Part shown: positions 61,329-64,000 of the stretch, piece after piece
Position numbering within the stretch: position 1 is the first letter of the stretch
Layout: each line of letters opens with the position of its first letter
NCBI RefSeq assembly: GCF_009914755.1
Contig: NC_060927.1
Source of the DNA: the human T2T-CHM13v2.0 reference genome, Homo sapiens
DNA: 64,000 nucleotides
Direction: 5' to 3' (one strand)
The notes under the pieces: model-generated
What the model was told of the DNA's origin: nothing
What the model saw: the letters and a program-made list of their open reading frames with translations, nothing else
Databases searched by the model: none
Position numbers and translations under genes: made by a program

Positions 61329-61820
61329 TGTAACTGTTAATTTTAAGTGTCAACTTGACTGAGCCACAGCGAACCCAGATATTTGGTCAAGCATTATTAT
61401 CAGCATGTCTGATGATGGTGTTTCTGGATGAGATTAACATTTGAATCAGTAGACTGAGTAAAGCCTTCCTTAATGTAAGAGGTCCGCATTCAGTCAGCTG
61501 AGGGCCTAAAGAGAAAAAAAGGCTGATTTTCCCTCTGGTAAGAAGAAATTCCTCCTGCCTGATTGCCTTGAACTGGAACATCAGTTCTTGCCTGCTTTTG
61601 GACTCAAACTGAAACATCAGCTTTTTCTGAGTCTCAAGCCTGTTGGCATTTGAAATGTAACTACATCATCAGCTCTCCTGAATCTCCAGCTAACTGAATA
61701 AAGATCTTGGGTCTTTTCAGCTTCCATAACTACATCAGCTAATTCCATAAAATAAATCTCCTTACACACACATACACACACATATTCATAAATTCTGTTT
61801 CTCTGGTGAACTCTAATACA
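61329..61820 (+). mobile_element. MLT2D-like ERVL solo LTR
   Basis: TGTCAACTTGACTGAGCCAC...CCAGATATTTGGTCAA...GATGAGATTAACATTTGAATCAG...CTCTAATACA; TSD-like TTCAT/CTCAT. Confidence 0.85.
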
Positions 61821-62499
61821 CTCATATTTTCATAATTATCAGACTTTACTAATTCTTTGCAACAAAAGAAACCTTCTAGACATACAAAGAGAGAGACTAA
61901 TGTGATAGATCAGCATGATCAAGCTTGTCTAATTTCCTTTGTATGTTCCCTTGTACACCTTTTTTAGGTCTAAATATCTAGAAACCTCATTGCTGCTACA
62001 TGCATGCTCTACCATGGTGGCCCCTTGGGATTGCTAGGGATACATCTTTGTAACTTCAAAGAGCTATGAGAACACACTTAAGTTTGAGTTATTTCTGAAT
62101 CTGGGGGGTCAAAGGTGTCCTGTACATATTAAAACACCATAAAATAGTGACTTGCCTTTTAAACTTTTAATGAAGTTTTCTCCTCTCACTTGAAGAACAC
62201 TTTTACAATTAAAAAATTGTACCTCTACATAAGTCATATGCCTGGAAGTATATGATGTACATATATGTAATGCACAAATATTTTACATCTAAAATATTTA
62301 TTTATTTATATTACACTTATATATTTAAATGCATTTATGAGAGATAAAATAACTATATATTCATATCAAATTTTATTGTTTATATTACTCTGTATTTATT
62401 ATAATTTATATTATTAATATATGATGTATGTTATTAACATATAATATGTAGTATATTATATGTTACTAATATACTATGTCAGTATATGAATATGACCAC

Positions 62500-62880
62500 T
62501 TTTCCCAGGGCCTGAGACTTGGCCAACCCAACTGATGCCATCACAACCGATACCCACCCACACGGGCTTATGTAAGCCTTCTGCTTACATAAAGCAGCAG
62601 TGTTACGACATCCAAGAAGAAGAGAGATACAAAGCTATCCATAGTGGGCTGAGTGATGAGGTTCTGCCCTGAAAGCATTCCCACAGAAAGCCGCAAAACC
62701 ATTTCCAATGGCTCTCAATCACATTGTGGTCTGGAGAGAGACTACAGTGTGTGCCTGAACTAGCAATCATGTGCCCCTGGAACAGGGATGAGATAGAGAA
62801 ACATATCACATTCCTGCCTGTCTAAAATGAAGGGCCAGTGCAGTTTACCTCCACTTCTGCCCATCCCTGCCCACCCCACG

Positions 62881-62926
<46 letters not shown>

Positions 62927-64000
62927 CTTTTTCAGGGCTGGTGCCTGCACTTACCATTGGGGTATTCATGAGAAAGCTAGGGGCTCCAGCTCTCCCTAGC
63001 TGTGTCTCCTCACTTCTGTAGAACAGGAAGATCAGGCACCAATTAGCCCACTGTGCCACCAATCACTAGAAACCAAAAAGAGCACTTCATAGTAAACAAA
63101 GATCAGGTACCTATATATCTGCTGGTCTCACAGATGGCTTTTACCCATAATCACCATATACTGGCCTATAGATTGAATTGCAATATAGAACTGGATGAAA
63201 GTGTATAGGGCTATAGAAGCAAAGCCAAAAATCCCTACCCAATGTACACTATAGTCACATCCCCTCAGGAGGGAGGGAAGGGAAAGAAAAAGTAACTCCT
63301 ATCACATTAAAATAATTACAAAACTTAAAAGTGCCAGCATCTTAAGATGAGAAGGAACCAGCATAAGAACTCTGGCACCACCAAAAAATCTGTATGTTAT
63401 GATGCCACCAGAGAATCATACTAGCTCTTTAGCCATGGACCCTAAACAAAATGGAAACTCAGAAATGACAGATAAAGAATTCAAAGTATGGATAGCAAGG
63501 AAGTTCAAAGAGCTCCAAGGCAAAGTTGAAAATCAATATAAAGAAACTACTAAAGCAATACAGGAAATAAACAAAGAGATAAACATTTTTTAAAGTCAAT
63601 CAAAACTACTGGAATTAAAAAACTCATTTAAGGAATTTCAAAATATAGTTGAAAGCTTTATAAATAGACTAGCCCAAGCAGAAGAAAGAATTCCAGAGTG
63701 TGAAGACTGCTTATTTGATCTAACCCAATTAAACATAGAAAATAATTTTTAAAAATAATAATCTTCAAGAAAATGAGATTATGTAAATCAACCAAACCTA
63801 CAAATTATTGGATTTTCTGAAGGAGAAAGAGAACGGAAAAACAACATGGAAAACATATTTGAGGAAATAATTCAAAAAAAATCCCTAATCTCGTAGAGAT
63901 ATAGATATGTAGGTACAAGAAATCCAAAGTACACATGTGAGATAATTTGCAAGATGAACATCAGTAAGGCATATAGTCACCAGACTGTCCAAGATCAAAA
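62500..64000 (+). mobile_element. 5' part of an old L1 (L1PA13-16/L1PB/L1M1-type): 5'UTR and degenerate ORF1 from ~63348; continues beyond window
   Basis: ATGAGAAGGAACCAG..., EMTDKEFKVWIARK, RLAQAEERI and CCAAACCTACAAATTATTGG are ORF1 motifs; (CA)n at 62885-62923 lies inside. Confidence 0.8.

Overview
AT-rich, repeat-dense primate (human or great ape) genomic DNA, intronic or intergenic; I could not recognise any host protein-coding gene. The first 13 kb holds two same-orientation young L1PA elements. One is the 3' part of an L1PA3/4-like copy nested in an old L1MA; the other is a full-length ~6.03 kb L1PA2-like copy with TSDs, intact antisense ORF0 and disrupted ORF1/ORF2. The remainder carries Alus, MIRs, L2s, solo LTRs (MLT1, MST, MER21, LTR33, MLT2A, MLT2D), MER5, a twin-primed 5'-inverted L1PA and the 5' end of an old L1. 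The main structure not explained by TE annotation is a cluster of fold-back sequences at 19.6-32.6 kb: a ~305-bp-arm, ~95% identical inverted repeat (19650-21250), a pre-miRNA-sized hairpin (28889-28975), and a ~650-bp-arm inverted repeat (30360-32603) with a better-matched core and exon-like signals in its loop. The two neighbouring L1s also share non-consensus substitutions despite different subfamily diagnostics, which suggests gene conversion or assembly chimerism. Subfamily names come from recalled consensus sequences, identities are hand counts, and boundaries of old repeats are approximate.
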